Assembly (NCBI RefSeq): GCF_963921235.1
Contig: NC_086108.1
Coordinates: 18,910,001 to 18,974,000, forward strand
Direction of reading: 5' to 3'
DNA from: Mobula hypostoma
Lineage: Eukaryota
DNA length: 64,000 nt
In this document: positions 11,506-24,000 of the stretch, piece by piece
Position numbering within the stretch: position 1 is the stretch's first letter
Layout of the letters: the number at the start of each line of letters is the position of its first letter
Translations under genes and position numbers: made by a program
Notes under the pieces: generated by a model
What the model saw: the letters and a program-made list of their open reading frames with translations, nothing else
What the model was told of the DNA's origin: nothing
Databases searched by the model: none

Positions 11506-12560
11506 CTGTACATGATGTCATAGTTGTAGGTGGAGAGTTCGATTCTCCACCTCAGAATTTTATCATTTTTGATTTTGCTCCGCTGCTGATTATTAAACAT
11601 GAATGCAACTGAGCGCTGGTCAGTTAGCAGGGTGAACCTTTTGCCGGCAAGATAGTGCCTCCAGTGCCTTATAGCTTCCACTATGGCCTGGGCCTCTTTC
11701 TCTACCGCAGAGTGCCGAATTTCAGGGCCTTGAAGGGTACGGGAGAAGAACGCCACCGGTCTTCCCGCCTGGTTGAGGGTAGCAGCCAGCACAAAGTCGG
11801 AGGCGTCACTCTCTACTTGGAAGGGAATGGCCTCATCCGCCACATGCATTGTTGTTTTGGCAATGTCCCCTTTTATGCGGCTGAAGGCTGCGCGGGCCTC
11901 AGCTGAGAGGGGGAATGTGGTGGACTTGACCAGGGGGCGGGCCTTGTCTGCATAGTTAGAGACCCATTGGGCATAATATGAAAAGAAGCCCAGGCACTTT
12001 TTGAGGGCTCTGAGGGTATTGGGAAGAGGGAGTTCCAACAAGGGGCGCATACGGTCGGGGTCAGGGCCAATGACTCCATTCTCCACGACACACCCAAGGA
12101 TAGCAAGTCGGGTGGTCCCAAATACACACTTGTCCTTGTTATAGGTGAGGTTGAAAGATTTGGCCGCTTGGAGAAATTTTTGGAGATTGTTGTCATGATC
12201 CTGCTGGTCGTGACCGCAGATGGTGATGTTATCCAGATATGGGAACGTGGCCTTCAGTTGGCACTGGTCCACCATCCAGTCCATTGCCCTCTGGAAGACA
12301 GATACACCATTCATGACACCAAAGGGGATGCGCAGGAATTGATAAAGCCTGCCGTCCGCCTCGAAGGCAGTGTAAGGGCGGTCCTCCCGGCGGATGGGGA
12401 GCTGATGGTAAGTGGATTGTAGGCCTATGGTCGAGTACACCTTGTACTGTGCTATCTGATTGACCATATCCGCTATGCGGGGTAGAGGGTACGCGTCAAG
12501 CTGCGTGAACCTATTGGTGGTCTGGCTATAGTCCACGACCATCCTATTCTTCTCCCCGTT
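11505..12560 (-). pseudogene. Gypsy pol fragment: reverse transcriptase and RNase H
   Basis: RMVVDY, DAYPLPRI, TAF, PFG, YLDNITICG, K..F, LGFFSYY; RNase H ESDASD, VAFFSRTL, EKEAQAI, LLTDQRS. A small deletion at ~11505 frameshifts the link to integrase. Confidence 0.88.
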
Positions 12561-13250
12561 CCGGACTGAGGGGGAGGGGCAAGGCGAACACCTTTATACA
12601 GGACTCTGTGGGAGGAGCCACAAGGGCAGTCAGCAGAGGGGTGTGTCCAGACAGGTAACCGAGTTACAACATATATACATGGTTTACCACACCTTGTTAA
12701 ATGTGAAATGCCAATCTTGTCTATAATTATATAATTTACCATCAGAGTTGTTCCATGCAGAGCTGAATGTAACAAAGAGAAATGGCACTACCTGGTAAGT
12801 GCAAATCTTTCTCAAACCCCACATTGTGCAAAATGCCATATTTATCATTTAACACCAGGGAGGGCTTCTCTAGATCCTGTTCAACAGCTGGGAGGAAGCA
12901 GTGGGGAGATAAACGAGAAATCTAGCTTAGAGCTCTTGCACTTGAAGGGGAGGTGGAAGTGGGAACATATAGGGTTGGTGATCCTCATCTGACCAATCTT
13001 TTGTATTTTTGGCTCATCTACTCACATTCTACCTTTCCCCTTTCCGCCAATGTTCCAGCTATCCAGTACTGTACCCTTTCTTCTCGTCTTCAGGTTGACC
13101 ACAGTCATTGCAGCATAAACAAGACTCCTTCAGTCTGACACTATATTTAAGTTCCTTTGCTCCCCACAGATAAATCACTTTTCACTTGGAATTTTATTTG
13201 GCATTTCCTTATATTGCTTATCAATGGCAAACCCTCTTAATCAAGTTTTC

Positions 13251-13364
13251 TGCTGAAGGGTCTCCACCTGAAACTTCCATAGATACTGCCTGGCCTGCTG
13301 AGTTCCTCCAGTATTTTGTGTGTGTTGCTTGGATTTCCAGCATCTGCAGATTTTCTCTTGTTTG
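13251..13364 (+). mobile_element. Penelope-derived mini-insert starting at a degenerate hammerhead core
   Basis: Begins (c)tgctgaagggtc...tgaaac and continues with the Penelope terminal sequence. TSD taatcaa(g/a)ttttc at 13238-13250 and 13365-13377. Confidence 0.75.
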
Positions 13365-13459
13365 TAATCAAATTTTCCAATCTGTTTCAGACATTTAGCA
13401 TAAATGACTTCATTAATTTTCAAGTCACTAGGGCTTTTAAGTCCACAAGGATTCTCTTG

Positions 13460-13940
13460 AACTTCTGAGATGGTCCATAGAAACTACTCTGACAGGTTGC
13501 ACCTCAGCCTTCATGGCAACTGCTCTGCTCTGGACCGACAAAGCCTGCAGAGAGTGGTAATTTGACAACCCAGTCAATTACAGGCTCATCACTGCTTTTC
13601 TCCCAGCCTATCTTCACTGTGCTTTGCTTCAGGAAGGTTAACAATATCATTAAGGATGGCTAGCCATTTCTGGCTATTCCTTTTTCTCTCTCTTCTATCT
13701 TCTGGGAGAAGATGCTTAGAAGCCCAGGTGTCCAGACTTAAGAGTAACTTCTTCCCCACTGCTATCTGACTCTAAAACTAACCATCTCTTTCTCATGCCC
13801 TTTCTAGCAGTGCTGCCATGTTCCTGTACTCTTAATTCTACCTCGCTCGGTTATTCCGCTATTGTCACTTCAGCATTTCATTTGTACTTCCTCCTCAGCT
13901 TGCACCACAGTCTGACAATAAACTAATCTAATTGCAGACT
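13460..13940 (+). mobile_element. Old Rex/Babar-like LINE 3' fragment
   Basis: Degenerate similarity to the 3' end of the 4190-6415 element; ends gacaataaac. Confidence 0.5.
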
Positions 13941-16637
13941 GAATTGTGCCCCTCCCAAACTGAGTAAAATTCAAACACAATAATCCCTTACCGTTGGATT
14001 ACTAATTATATACACAGGCTTAAAAAAAGATTTCTATTTGGTTTCAAGAAGTACTGTCTCAGAAAATTTTATTGAATGCATTCCATGGAATTCATCCTCC
14101 AAACTACTTTTGCCAGTTTAATCAGCCCATTCTACAGGAAGTTTAAAATGTCCCAAACTATTCCATTACTTTGCCCAAGGTTTGTACAGACATTCTGAAA
14201 AAGAACTGATCCATTTATAATCTTACCCCCTCTTAGATGATACTTTAAATAGACAGGGAAAGTTGTTATTAGCTTACTGTTCTTCAACAGGCATCAATCA
14301 AACGAATCAAATGAGTGAACGTCCACACCTGCCAATGGGAAATACTCAGAAAGTCAGGCAGGGTTTGTAGAAAGAGAAATAGAGCTAAAATTTGAGGGTG
14401 AAGATCCTGCTCTGTTGAGGAATCTTGAGGTTAATTAGGTTTCTCTCTCCACAAATGCTCCTTGACCTGCATTTCCTGTAAATTGTCTATTTTCTCCTTG
14501 GTGTTTATGGTACTGTATCTTGCTCTGCACAGATCAGCAGGGGCCTTTCCTGTGTAATGACAGTGACTAGTCTTCAAAAGCTGAAATATCCTGTGGATGA
14601 AAAGAACACTAAATACACTTTACATTTTTTTAAACTTTAGTCAGATTCACACAGCAATTCCAGCTCTGTGGGAGAGGCTTCCCAGTGCCTCTTGCTCTCT
14701 CATATCTTCCACTTTGGCACAGTGTCCGATTTCTTTCTAGTTTCCCCATCTGCAAAGTGCCTTGGGGTGTTGTTCTACATTAAAGGTGCTGTACAAGATG
14801 CACCATTGCTTTGATTGTCAGATTGGAAGCCCGTGAAACTATCTCCCAGAGAGAATCTATGCCTTAAGGAGAGGAAGGAGGAGAAGTTGTGGCAAGTCAT
14901 AAATCAAAGAAAGAACTGGCCTGCCACTGAAGCTCAAGGGTTTTTAAGTGCGTAAATTCTTGGAAGAGTGCATGGTTGCATTTCAATGGCTGTTTTGAAA
15001 ACAGTGGATAACTATTTAATTTGTGCGGCATTTTCTGCAAATTGTGCAGTCAGGAGCCTGGGTGAAGGGTGACTAACTCTGGAGTACGATGTGGAATGGT
15101 CTGATTCTTCTCGGCAAGCTTAGAGTGTAGACGATCAGCTCCCGCCCTGTTATTAATCACCTCCTACCCTGACAGCCCTGATCCTTAGATAAAAGGAAGC
15201 CACTGCAAAACAGACTGAAATCAAAACAGGGCTGAAAAAATAAAACCCTCAATGTATCATATTCTCAGCAATGTTACTGGGCGGGATGCCAATTACATTA
15301 CACTAACCGGTTCACCACAGGTTCCTAGTCTCGTCGCACTTTTCCTGCTCACACGTTATTTACACACCTCCCCAGCATCCCTCCTCCTCAAAAATAAAAT
15401 CTACCATGTCCTGGAGCTCTTTGTTTCTTGTCACCCAGCCAGCTCTCTGCCCATGTCTGCACCATACCACCTGTCCCACCTGCTTTAATCTTGCACTCTG
15501 CTATGGAACCTCATCGAAATTTTCCTGGAAGTCCAAATGCAGCACATCCACTGATCCTTTTGTATTTATTCTCCTGGTGTATCCTGAAAGTAGTTCAGTG
15601 AGTTTGTCAAGAATGATTTTCCTTCAGTAAATTTGTGGCAGATTGCAGGGCTAGGGAGGTGTGCTGGCACGCCATATGTGGAAAGAAATCTCCCATTTCT
15701 GTGCTTCACAAACTCTAGTCCCTCCCTGGGCAAGCACAGGCCAGCTTTCATCCTAGGTAGTCAACTAGTTCCCTCTCACTGAAGCAAATGCCCATCTACC
15801 ACACCTCACAACAGAGGGAGTGGGTGGAGGGAGGGTAAAAGGAATGTAGGGTAAAGTACAGTGTCCATTTTGCAGTTGCCATTGCATAAGTGGGCCAGTG
15901 TAGGAGTGGGAATCTGAGGGTTTTGACTCACAAGACTTCAATGAGGAGGCACTGATGAGTAACAGGTAAGGTTGATTTATAGTAGTTAAATAAAAACACA
16001 ACAAATCACAACTAATGAAACAAAGTATACAGGATCAAGTGATGTGTTGTAGCTACATGATAATAGGAGATGGTGGATGCAATTGTAGATATTAGTAAAG
16101 CCTCAGCATCACATGCTTGCTCTTATGTTCCAGTCCTTTCAAAATGATTGCTAAGATTGCATTTGCCTTCCTTACCTACCAGTTAAACTTTAGGGAATTC
16201 TGCACAATGACTCCCAAGTCCCTTTCCAAGTCCTATTTTTGAATTTTCTCCCAGTTTAGAAAGTAGTCCACGCCTTTATTCCTTCTATCAAAGTGCATGA
16301 ACATACACTTCCCTGTGCTATATTTCATCTGCCACTTCTTTGCCCATTTTTCCAATCTGCCCAAGTCCTTACCTGCTTCCGCAATACTACCTGCCCCTGC
16401 ACCTATGTTTGTATCATCTGCAAATCTGGCCACAAATCTATCAATCCCATCATCCAAATCATTTACAAGAAGCGATCCCAATATCGACTCTTGTGGAACA
16501 CCACTTGCCACCGGCAGCCAACCAGAATAGGCCCCTTTTATTCTGACTCTTTGCCTCCTGCCAGTCAGCCAACGTTCTATCCATGCTAGTATCTTTCCTG
16601 TAATACTGTGGGCTCTTACCTTGTTAAGCAGCCTCAT

Positions 16638-19600
16638 GACATAGGCAGGAAAAGGGAAGAGGTCCTGAAAGGAGAATATAGGGAGTTAGGAAGGGAGTTG
16701 AGAAAAAGGACCGCAAAGGCAGTAATCTCGGGATTATTGCCTGTGCCACACGACAGTGATAGTAGGAATGCGATGAGGTGGAGGATAAATGCGTGGCTGA
16801 GGGATTGGAGCAGGGGGCAGGGATTCAAGTTTTTGGATCATTGGGACCTCTTTTGGCGCAGGTATGACCTGTACAAAAAGGATGGGTTACACTTTAATCC
16901 TAGGGGGACCAATATCCTGGCGGGGAGATTTGCGAGGGCCACTGAGGTGACTTTAAACTAGAATGGTTGGGGGTGGGAATCAAATTAAAGAAACTAGGAG
17001 AGAGGAGGTTAGTTCACAACAGAGGGATGGGAACCAGTGCAGAGAGACAGAGGGGTGTAAAATGAGGGTAGAAGCAAAAAGTAGTAAGGTGAAAAGTAAA
17101 AGTGGCAGGCCGGCAAATCCAGGGCAAAAATCAAAAAGGGCCACATTTTAACGTAATTGTATAAGGGCTAAGTGTGTTGTAAAAGCAAGACTGAAGGCTT
17201 TGTGTGTCAATGCAAGGAGCATTCGTAACAAGGTGGATGAATTAAAAATGCAGATTGTTATTAATGAATATGATATAGTTGGGATCACAGAGACATGGCT
17301 CCAGGGTGACCAGGGATGGGAGCTCAACATTCAGGGATTTTCAATATTCAGGAGGGATAGACATGAAAGAAAAGGAGGTGGGGTAGCATTGCTGGTTAGA
17401 GAGGAGATTAATGCAATAGAAAGGAAGGACATTAGCCGGGAAGATGTGGAATCGATATGGGTAGAGCTGCGTAACACTAAGGGGCAGAAGACGCTGGTGG
17501 GATTTGTGTACAGGCCATCTAACAGTAGTAGTGAGGTTGGGGATGGTATTAAACAGGAAATTAGAAATGTGTGCAATAAAGGAACAGCAGTTATAATGGG
17601 TGACTTCAATCTACATATAGATTGGGTGAACCAAATTGGTAAGGGTGCTGAGGAAGAGGATTTCTTGGAATGTATGCGGGCTGGTTTTTTGAACCAACAT
17701 GTCGAGGAACCAACTAGAGAGCAAGCTATTCTAGACTGGGTATTGAGCAATGAGGAAGGGTTAATTAGCAATCTTGTCATGAGAGGCCCCTTGGGTAAGA
17801 GTGACCATAATATGGTGGAATTCTTTATTAAGATGGAGAGTGACATAGTTAATTCAGAAACAAAGGTTCTGAACTTAAAGAAGGGTAACTTTGAAGGTAT
17901 GAGACGTGAACTAGCTAAGATAGACTGGCAAATGACACTTAAAGGGTTGACAGTGGATATGCAATGGCAAGCATTTAAAGATCGCATGGATGAACAACAA
18001 CAATTGTTCATCCCAGTTTGGCAAAAGAATAAATCAAGGTAGTGCACCCGTGGCTGACAAGGGAAACTAGGGATAGTATCAATTCCAAAGATGAAGCATA
18101 CAAATTAGCCAGAAAAAGTGGCTCACCTGAGGACTGGGAGAAATTCAGAGTCCAGCAGAGGAGAACAAAGGGCTTAATTAGGAAGGGGAAAAAAGATTGT
18201 GAGAGAAAACTGGCAGGGAACATAAAAACTGACTGTAAAAGCTTTTATAGATATGTGAAAGGAAAAAGATCGGTTAAGACAAATGTAGGTCCCCTACAGA
18301 CAGAAACAGGTGAATTGATTATGGGGAGCAAGGACATGGCAGACCAACTGAATAACTACTTTGGTTCTGTCTTCGCTAAGGAGGACATAAATAATCTTCC
18401 GGAAATAGTAGGGGACAGAGGGTCTAGTGAGATGGAGGAACTGAGGGAAATACATGTTAGTAGGGAAGTGGTATTCGGTAAATTGAAGGGATTAAAGGCA
18501 GATAACTCCCCAGGGCCAGATGGTCTGCATCCCAGAGTGCTCAAGGAAGTAGCCCAAGAAATAGTGGATGTATTAGTGATAATTTTTCAAAACTCTTTAG
18601 ATTCTGGACTACTTCCTGAGGATTGGAGGGTGGCTAAGGTAACCCCACTTTTTTAAAAAGGAGGGAGAGAAACCAGGGAATTATAGACCGGTTAGCCTAA
18701 CATCGATGGTGGGGAAAATGCTAGAGTCAGTTATCAAAGATGTGATAACAGCACATTTGGAAAGCAGTGAAATCATCGGACAAAGTCAGCATGGATTTCT
18801 GAAAGGAAAATCATGTCTGATGAATCTCATAGAATTTTTTGAGGATGTAACTAGTAGAGTGGATAGGGGAGAACCAGCGGATGTGGTATATTTGGATTTT
18901 CAAAAGGCTTTTGACAAGGTCCCACACAGGAGATTAGTGTGCAAACTTAAAGCACACGGTATTGGGGGTAAGGTATTGATGTGGATAGAGAATTGGCTGG
19001 CAGATAGGAAGCAAAGAGTGGGAATAAACGGGACCTTTTCAGAATGGCAGGCAGTGACTAGTGGGGTACCGCAAGGCTCAGTGCTGGGACCCCAGTTGTT
19101 TACAATATATATAAATGACTTAGATGAGGGAATTAAATGCAGCATCTCCAAGTTTGCAGATGACACAAAGCTGGGCGGCAGTGTTAGCTGTGAGGAGGTT
19201 GCTAAGAGGATGCAGGGTGACTTGGATAGGTTAAGTGAGTGGGCAAATTCATGGCAGATGCAATTTAATGTGGATAAATGTGAGGTTATCCACTTTTGTG
19301 GCAAAAACAGGAAAACAGATTATTATCCATATGGTGGCCGATTAGGAAAAGGGGAGGTGCAACGAGACCTGGGTGTCATTATGCACCAGTCATTGAAAGT
19401 GGGCATGCAGGTACAGCAGGCGGTGAAAAAGGCGAATGGTATGCTGGCATTCATAGCAAGAGGATATGAGTACAGGAGCAGGGAGGTACTATTGAAGTTG
19501 TACAAGGCCTTGGTGAGACCACACCTGGAGTACTGTGTGCAGTTTTGGTCCCCTAATCTGAGGAAAGACATCCTTGCCATAGAGGGAGTACAAAGAAAGT

Positions 19601-20090
19601 TCACCAGATTGATTCCTGGGATGGCAGGACTTTCATATGATGAAAGACTGGATCGACTAGGCTTATACTCGTTAGAATTTAGAAGATTGAGGGGGGATCT
19701 TATTGAAACATATAAAATCCTAAAGGGATTGGACAGGCTAGATGCAGAAAGATTGTTCCCAATGTTGGGGAAGTCCAGAACGAGGGGTCACAGTTTGAGG
19801 ATAAAGGGGAAGCCTTTTAGGACCGAGATTAGGAAAAACTTCTTCACACAGAGAGTGGTGAATCTGTGGAATTCTCTGCCACAGGAAACAGTTGAGGCCA
19901 GTTCATTGGCTATATTTAAGAGGGAGTTAGATATGGCCCTTGTGGCTAAAGGGATCAGGGGGTATGGGGGGAAGGCTGGTACAGGGTTCTGAGTTGGATG
20001 ATCAGCCATGATCATACTGAATGGTGGTGCAGGCTCGAAGGGCCGAATGGGCTACTCCTGCACCTATTGTCTATGTTTCTGTGTTTCTAT
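16638..20090 (+). mobile_element. CR1 LINE (copy B): ORF1 3' end plus ORF2, frameshifted
   Basis: ORF1 remnant ISGLLPVP..DGLHFN; APE 17200-18042; RT 18042-19992 (YLDFQKAFDKV, GVPQG, KFADD). Tail ctattgt/ctatgttt. Confidence 0.95.
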
Positions 20091-20151
20091 GTGCTGTACC
20101 TTGTCAAAGACCGTCTCAAAATCCAAGTCAACCACATCTACTAACTCCCCG

Positions 20152-20940
20152 TGTCATGGTCCAGTCCGTGGATTCCATACTCCAGTTCTTCCGTTTTTCC
20201 CTTGTTCCATTGGGTGCCTTAATTGAGACACCTGATTCTCGTTTCAGGCTGGAACCATAAATAGCTCTGGGATCCACTGATTCCTTGCTGGACTGTCCTC
20301 ATCAGTAACCTCGTTAGTAACCTTGGCAGTAACCTCGTCAATAACCTCATCAGTAACCTTGTCTCTGCTGGGTAGATCTGGCCGTTTTGCCGCGACTCTG
20401 AGTTGGGAACTGTCTCTTCATGTCCTGTGTCCAAGGAGGTGCTCCGGCTCCGTGTCCTGTGTCTCAGAACAGTCCTGGCTCTTTGTCCTGTGTCCAAGGA
20501 GGAGTCCCGGCTCAGTGTTCTTTGTCCTGTGTCTAAGTTCAGTCTGAGCCTAGTCCAAGTCAAGGGTCAAGTTCCAAGTCCAAGTCGAGAGCCATGTTCC
20601 AAGTCCAAGTCGAGAGTCAAGTCCAAGCCAAGTCTGAGTCAAGTCCAAGCCAAGTCCAAGTCCAGTCCAAGCCAAGTCCTAGTTCTAGCCAAGAGCCAAG
20701 TCTAGACCCAGGTGCCGAATCCCGGCCAAGATCCGAGGTCCCAGTCATGACCTGAGTTCCTAGTCAAGTTCAAGTCTCAAGTCCAGGTTTTCCGGTTTGT
20801 CACTCCATGTCTACGTTCGTGTTATCATTTTGTCCTCGCACCTTGGCTTTCCTAGAATTCTTAATAAACATAGTCCAGGTCTTAGTACTTCAGTGTCTGT
20901 GTCTTGCATTTAGGTCCGCTTCCATCGCCCCCTTATGACA
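20152..20940 (+). mobile_element. Probable solo LTR (~790 bp) of an LTR retrotransposon
   Basis: TGTCAT...ATGACA termini, TATA-like cataaata (~20256), aataaa (~20863), internal (ccaagt)n and cagtaacctcgt repeats. Interrupts the old CR1. The TSD is not clean. Confidence 0.72.
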
Positions 20941-21094
20941 CTCCTTTGTTAATCTGGCCTGTTATTTCTTCAAGTAAATCCATCAGATTTGTCAGGCAAG
21001 GTTTTCCATAAAAGAAACCATGCTGACTTCAGCCAACTTTATCATGTGCCTCCAAGTATCCCAAAACCTCATCCTTAGTAATGGACCCCAGCAT

Positions 21095-24000
21095 AGAACA
21101 GGGAACATAGAAATCTACAGCACATTACAGGCCCTTCTGCCCACAATGCTGTGCTGACCATGTAACCTACTCCAGAAACTGCCTAGAATTTCCCTACCAC
21201 ATAGCCCTCTATTTTTCTAAGCTCCATGTACTTATCTAAGAGTCTCTTAAAAGACCCTGTTGTATCCGCTTCCACTGCCGCCACCAGCAGTGCATTCCAT
21301 GCACCCACCACTCTCTCTGTGAAAAACTTACCCCTGACATCCCCTCGGTACCTATTTCCAAGCACCTTAAAACTATGCCCCTCGTGTTAGTCATTTTAGC
21401 CCTAGGTATCCAACAATCAATGCCCCTCATCATCTTATACACCTCTATCAGGTTCCCTCTCATCCTCCATCGCTCCAAAGAGAAAAGGCCAAGTTCACTC
21501 AATCTATTCTCATGAGGCGCACTCTCTAATCCAGGCAACATCCTTGTAAATCTCTTCCGCACTCTTTCTATAATATCCACATCCTTCCTGTAGTGAGGGG
21601 ACCAGAACGGAACACAGCACTCCAAGAGGGGTCTGACCAAGGTCTTATACAGCTGTAACATTACTGCACGGCTTTTGAATTCAATCCCATGGTTGATGAA
21701 GGTCAACACACCATACACCTTCTTAACAACACTGTCAACTTGACTTTGAGTGTCCTATGGATATGGAATCCAAGATCTCTCTGATCCTCCACCCTGCCAA
21801 GAGTCTTACCATTAATATTATATTCCGTCTTCAAATTTGACCTACCAAAATGAACCACTTCACACTTATCTGGGTTGAACTCCATCTGTCACTTCTCAAC
21901 CCAGTTCTACATCCGATTGATGTCCCGCTGTAACCTCTGACAACCCGCCAGACTATCCACAACATCCTCAACCTTTGTGTCATCAGCAAACTTACTAACC
22001 TACCCTTCTACTTCCTCATCCAGAACAGATCCCTGTGGAACACCACTGGTCACTGACCTCCATGCAGAATACAAACCATCTACAATCACTCTTTGCCTTC
22101 TTGGCAAGTCAATTCTGGATCCATAAAGCAAGGTCTCCTTGGATCCCATGCCTCCTTACTTTCTGAATGAGCCTCGCATGGGGAACCTTACCAAATGCCT
22201 TACCGAAATCCATATGCACTACATCCACTGCTCTACCTACATCAATATGTTTTATTGCATCCTCAAAGAATTCAATCAGGCTCGTAAGGCACGACCTGCC
22301 CTTGACAAAGCCATGCTGTCTATCTCTAATCAGATTACGTCTCTTCAAATGCTCATAATTCCTAACTCTCAGGATCTTCTCCAACAACTTGCCCACCACT
22401 GAAGTAAGATTCACTGGTCCATAATTTCCTGGGTTATCTCTACTCCCTTTCTTGAACAAGGGAACAATGGTTACAACCTTCCAATCCTCTGGTACTTCTC
22501 CTGTCCCTATTGATGATGCAAAGATCATTCCAGAAGCTCAGCAATCTCCTCACTCGCTTCCCACAGTAGCCTTGGATATACCTCATCCTGTCCCAGCAAC
22601 GTATCGAACTTATAACTTTTCAAAAACTCCAGTACATCCTCTTTCTTAATGTCTATAAGCTCACGCTTTTCAGTCCACTGTAAATCATCCCACAATTGCC
22701 AAAGTTCTTTTCCCTGGTGAATACTGAAGCAAAGTATTCATTAATTACCTCCACTACCTCCATGCACGTTTCCACTATCACACCTGATTGGTCCCATTCT
22801 CACACAACTATTGCTCTTCACATACTTGTAGAATGCCTTGGGGTTTTCCTTAATCCTGCTCACCAAGACCTTCTCATGGCCCCTACCAGCTCTCCTAATT
22901 TCATTCTTCATTTACTTCCTGGCAACCTTGTAATATTTTAGAGCTCTATCAGTACCTAATTTCTTGAACTTTTTGTAAGCTTTTCTTTTTTACTTAACTA
23001 GATTTTCCACACTCTTTGTACACTGTGGTTCTTTCACCCAACCATTCTTTCCCTCCCTCAATGGAAAATATCTATGCACACCTCCATGCAAATGTTCCTT
23101 GCACATATGCCACATTTCTGCTGCGCATTTCCCTGAAAACACCTGCTCACAATTTATACTCCCAAGTGTCTGTCAAATGTTTTCCCTAAGAGGGATGGGA
23201 CCCATAGCGATGGAGCAGCGAAAGAAGTGCATGGAGTAAAGCCAGATCAAAACATATAGAGAGGCTTTGAGGAAAGAGAAGCAGAATAAACGGAGTAAAG
23301 ACAGTAAGGTAGAAGGGCTGAGGTGTGTGTACCTCAATGCAAGAAGCATCAGGAACAAAGGTGATGAACTGAGAGCTCAGATACATACATGGAATTATGA
23401 GGTAGTGGCCATTACAGAGACTTGGCTGGCACCAGGGCAGGAATGGATTCTCAATATTCCTGGATTTCAGTGCTTTAAAAGGGATAGAGAGGGCGGAAAA
23501 AGGGGAGGAGGGGTGGCATTATTGGTCAGGGATACTATTACAGCTACAGAAAGGGTGGGTAATGTAGCAGGATCCTCTTTTGAGTCAGTATGGGTGGAAG
23601 TCAGGAACAGGAGGGAGCAGTTGCTCTATTGGGGCTATTCTATAGGCCCCCTGGTAGCAGCAGAGATACAGAGGAGCAGATTGGGAGGCAGATTTTGGAA
23701 AAGTGCAAAAATAACAGGGTTGTTATCATGGGTGACTTTAACTTCCCTAATATTGATTGGCCACCTGATTAGTTCCAAGGGTTTAGATGGGGTAGAGTTC
23801 ATTAAATGTGTCCAGGACGGATTCCTGTCACAGTACGTGGACAGGCTGACTAGGGGGAATGCCATACTAGATCTAGTACTAGGTAATGAACCCGGGTCAG
23901 GTCACAGATCTCTCATTGGGTAAGCATCTGGGAGACAGTGACCACCGCTCCCTGGCCTTTAGCATTATCATGGAAAAAGATAGAATCAGAGATGACAGGA

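Larger units (their letters stand above)
10053..12691 (-). mobile_element. Ty3/Gypsy LTR retrotransposon, internally deleted (no gag or protease)
   Basis: 3' LTR 10053-10270 starting TGTGG, preceded by PPT aaaaaaaggaggggtgaa. Partial 5' LTR 12561-12691 differs at 2 of 131 bp. 4-bp TSD cctt at 10049-10052 and 12692-12695. Domain order RT-RNaseH-IN. Confidence 0.93.

Noticed and set aside
17331..18047. Long antisense ORFs over CR1 ORF2 (also 1850-2224, 18900-19304, 55600-56085)
   Set aside because: Shadow frames of the LINE coding strand, with no independent protein signature.
20219..20705. Repetitive Ser/Lys/Gln- or Arg/Leu-rich ORFs
   Set aside because: By-products of 6- and 12-bp tandem repeats in the solo LTR.
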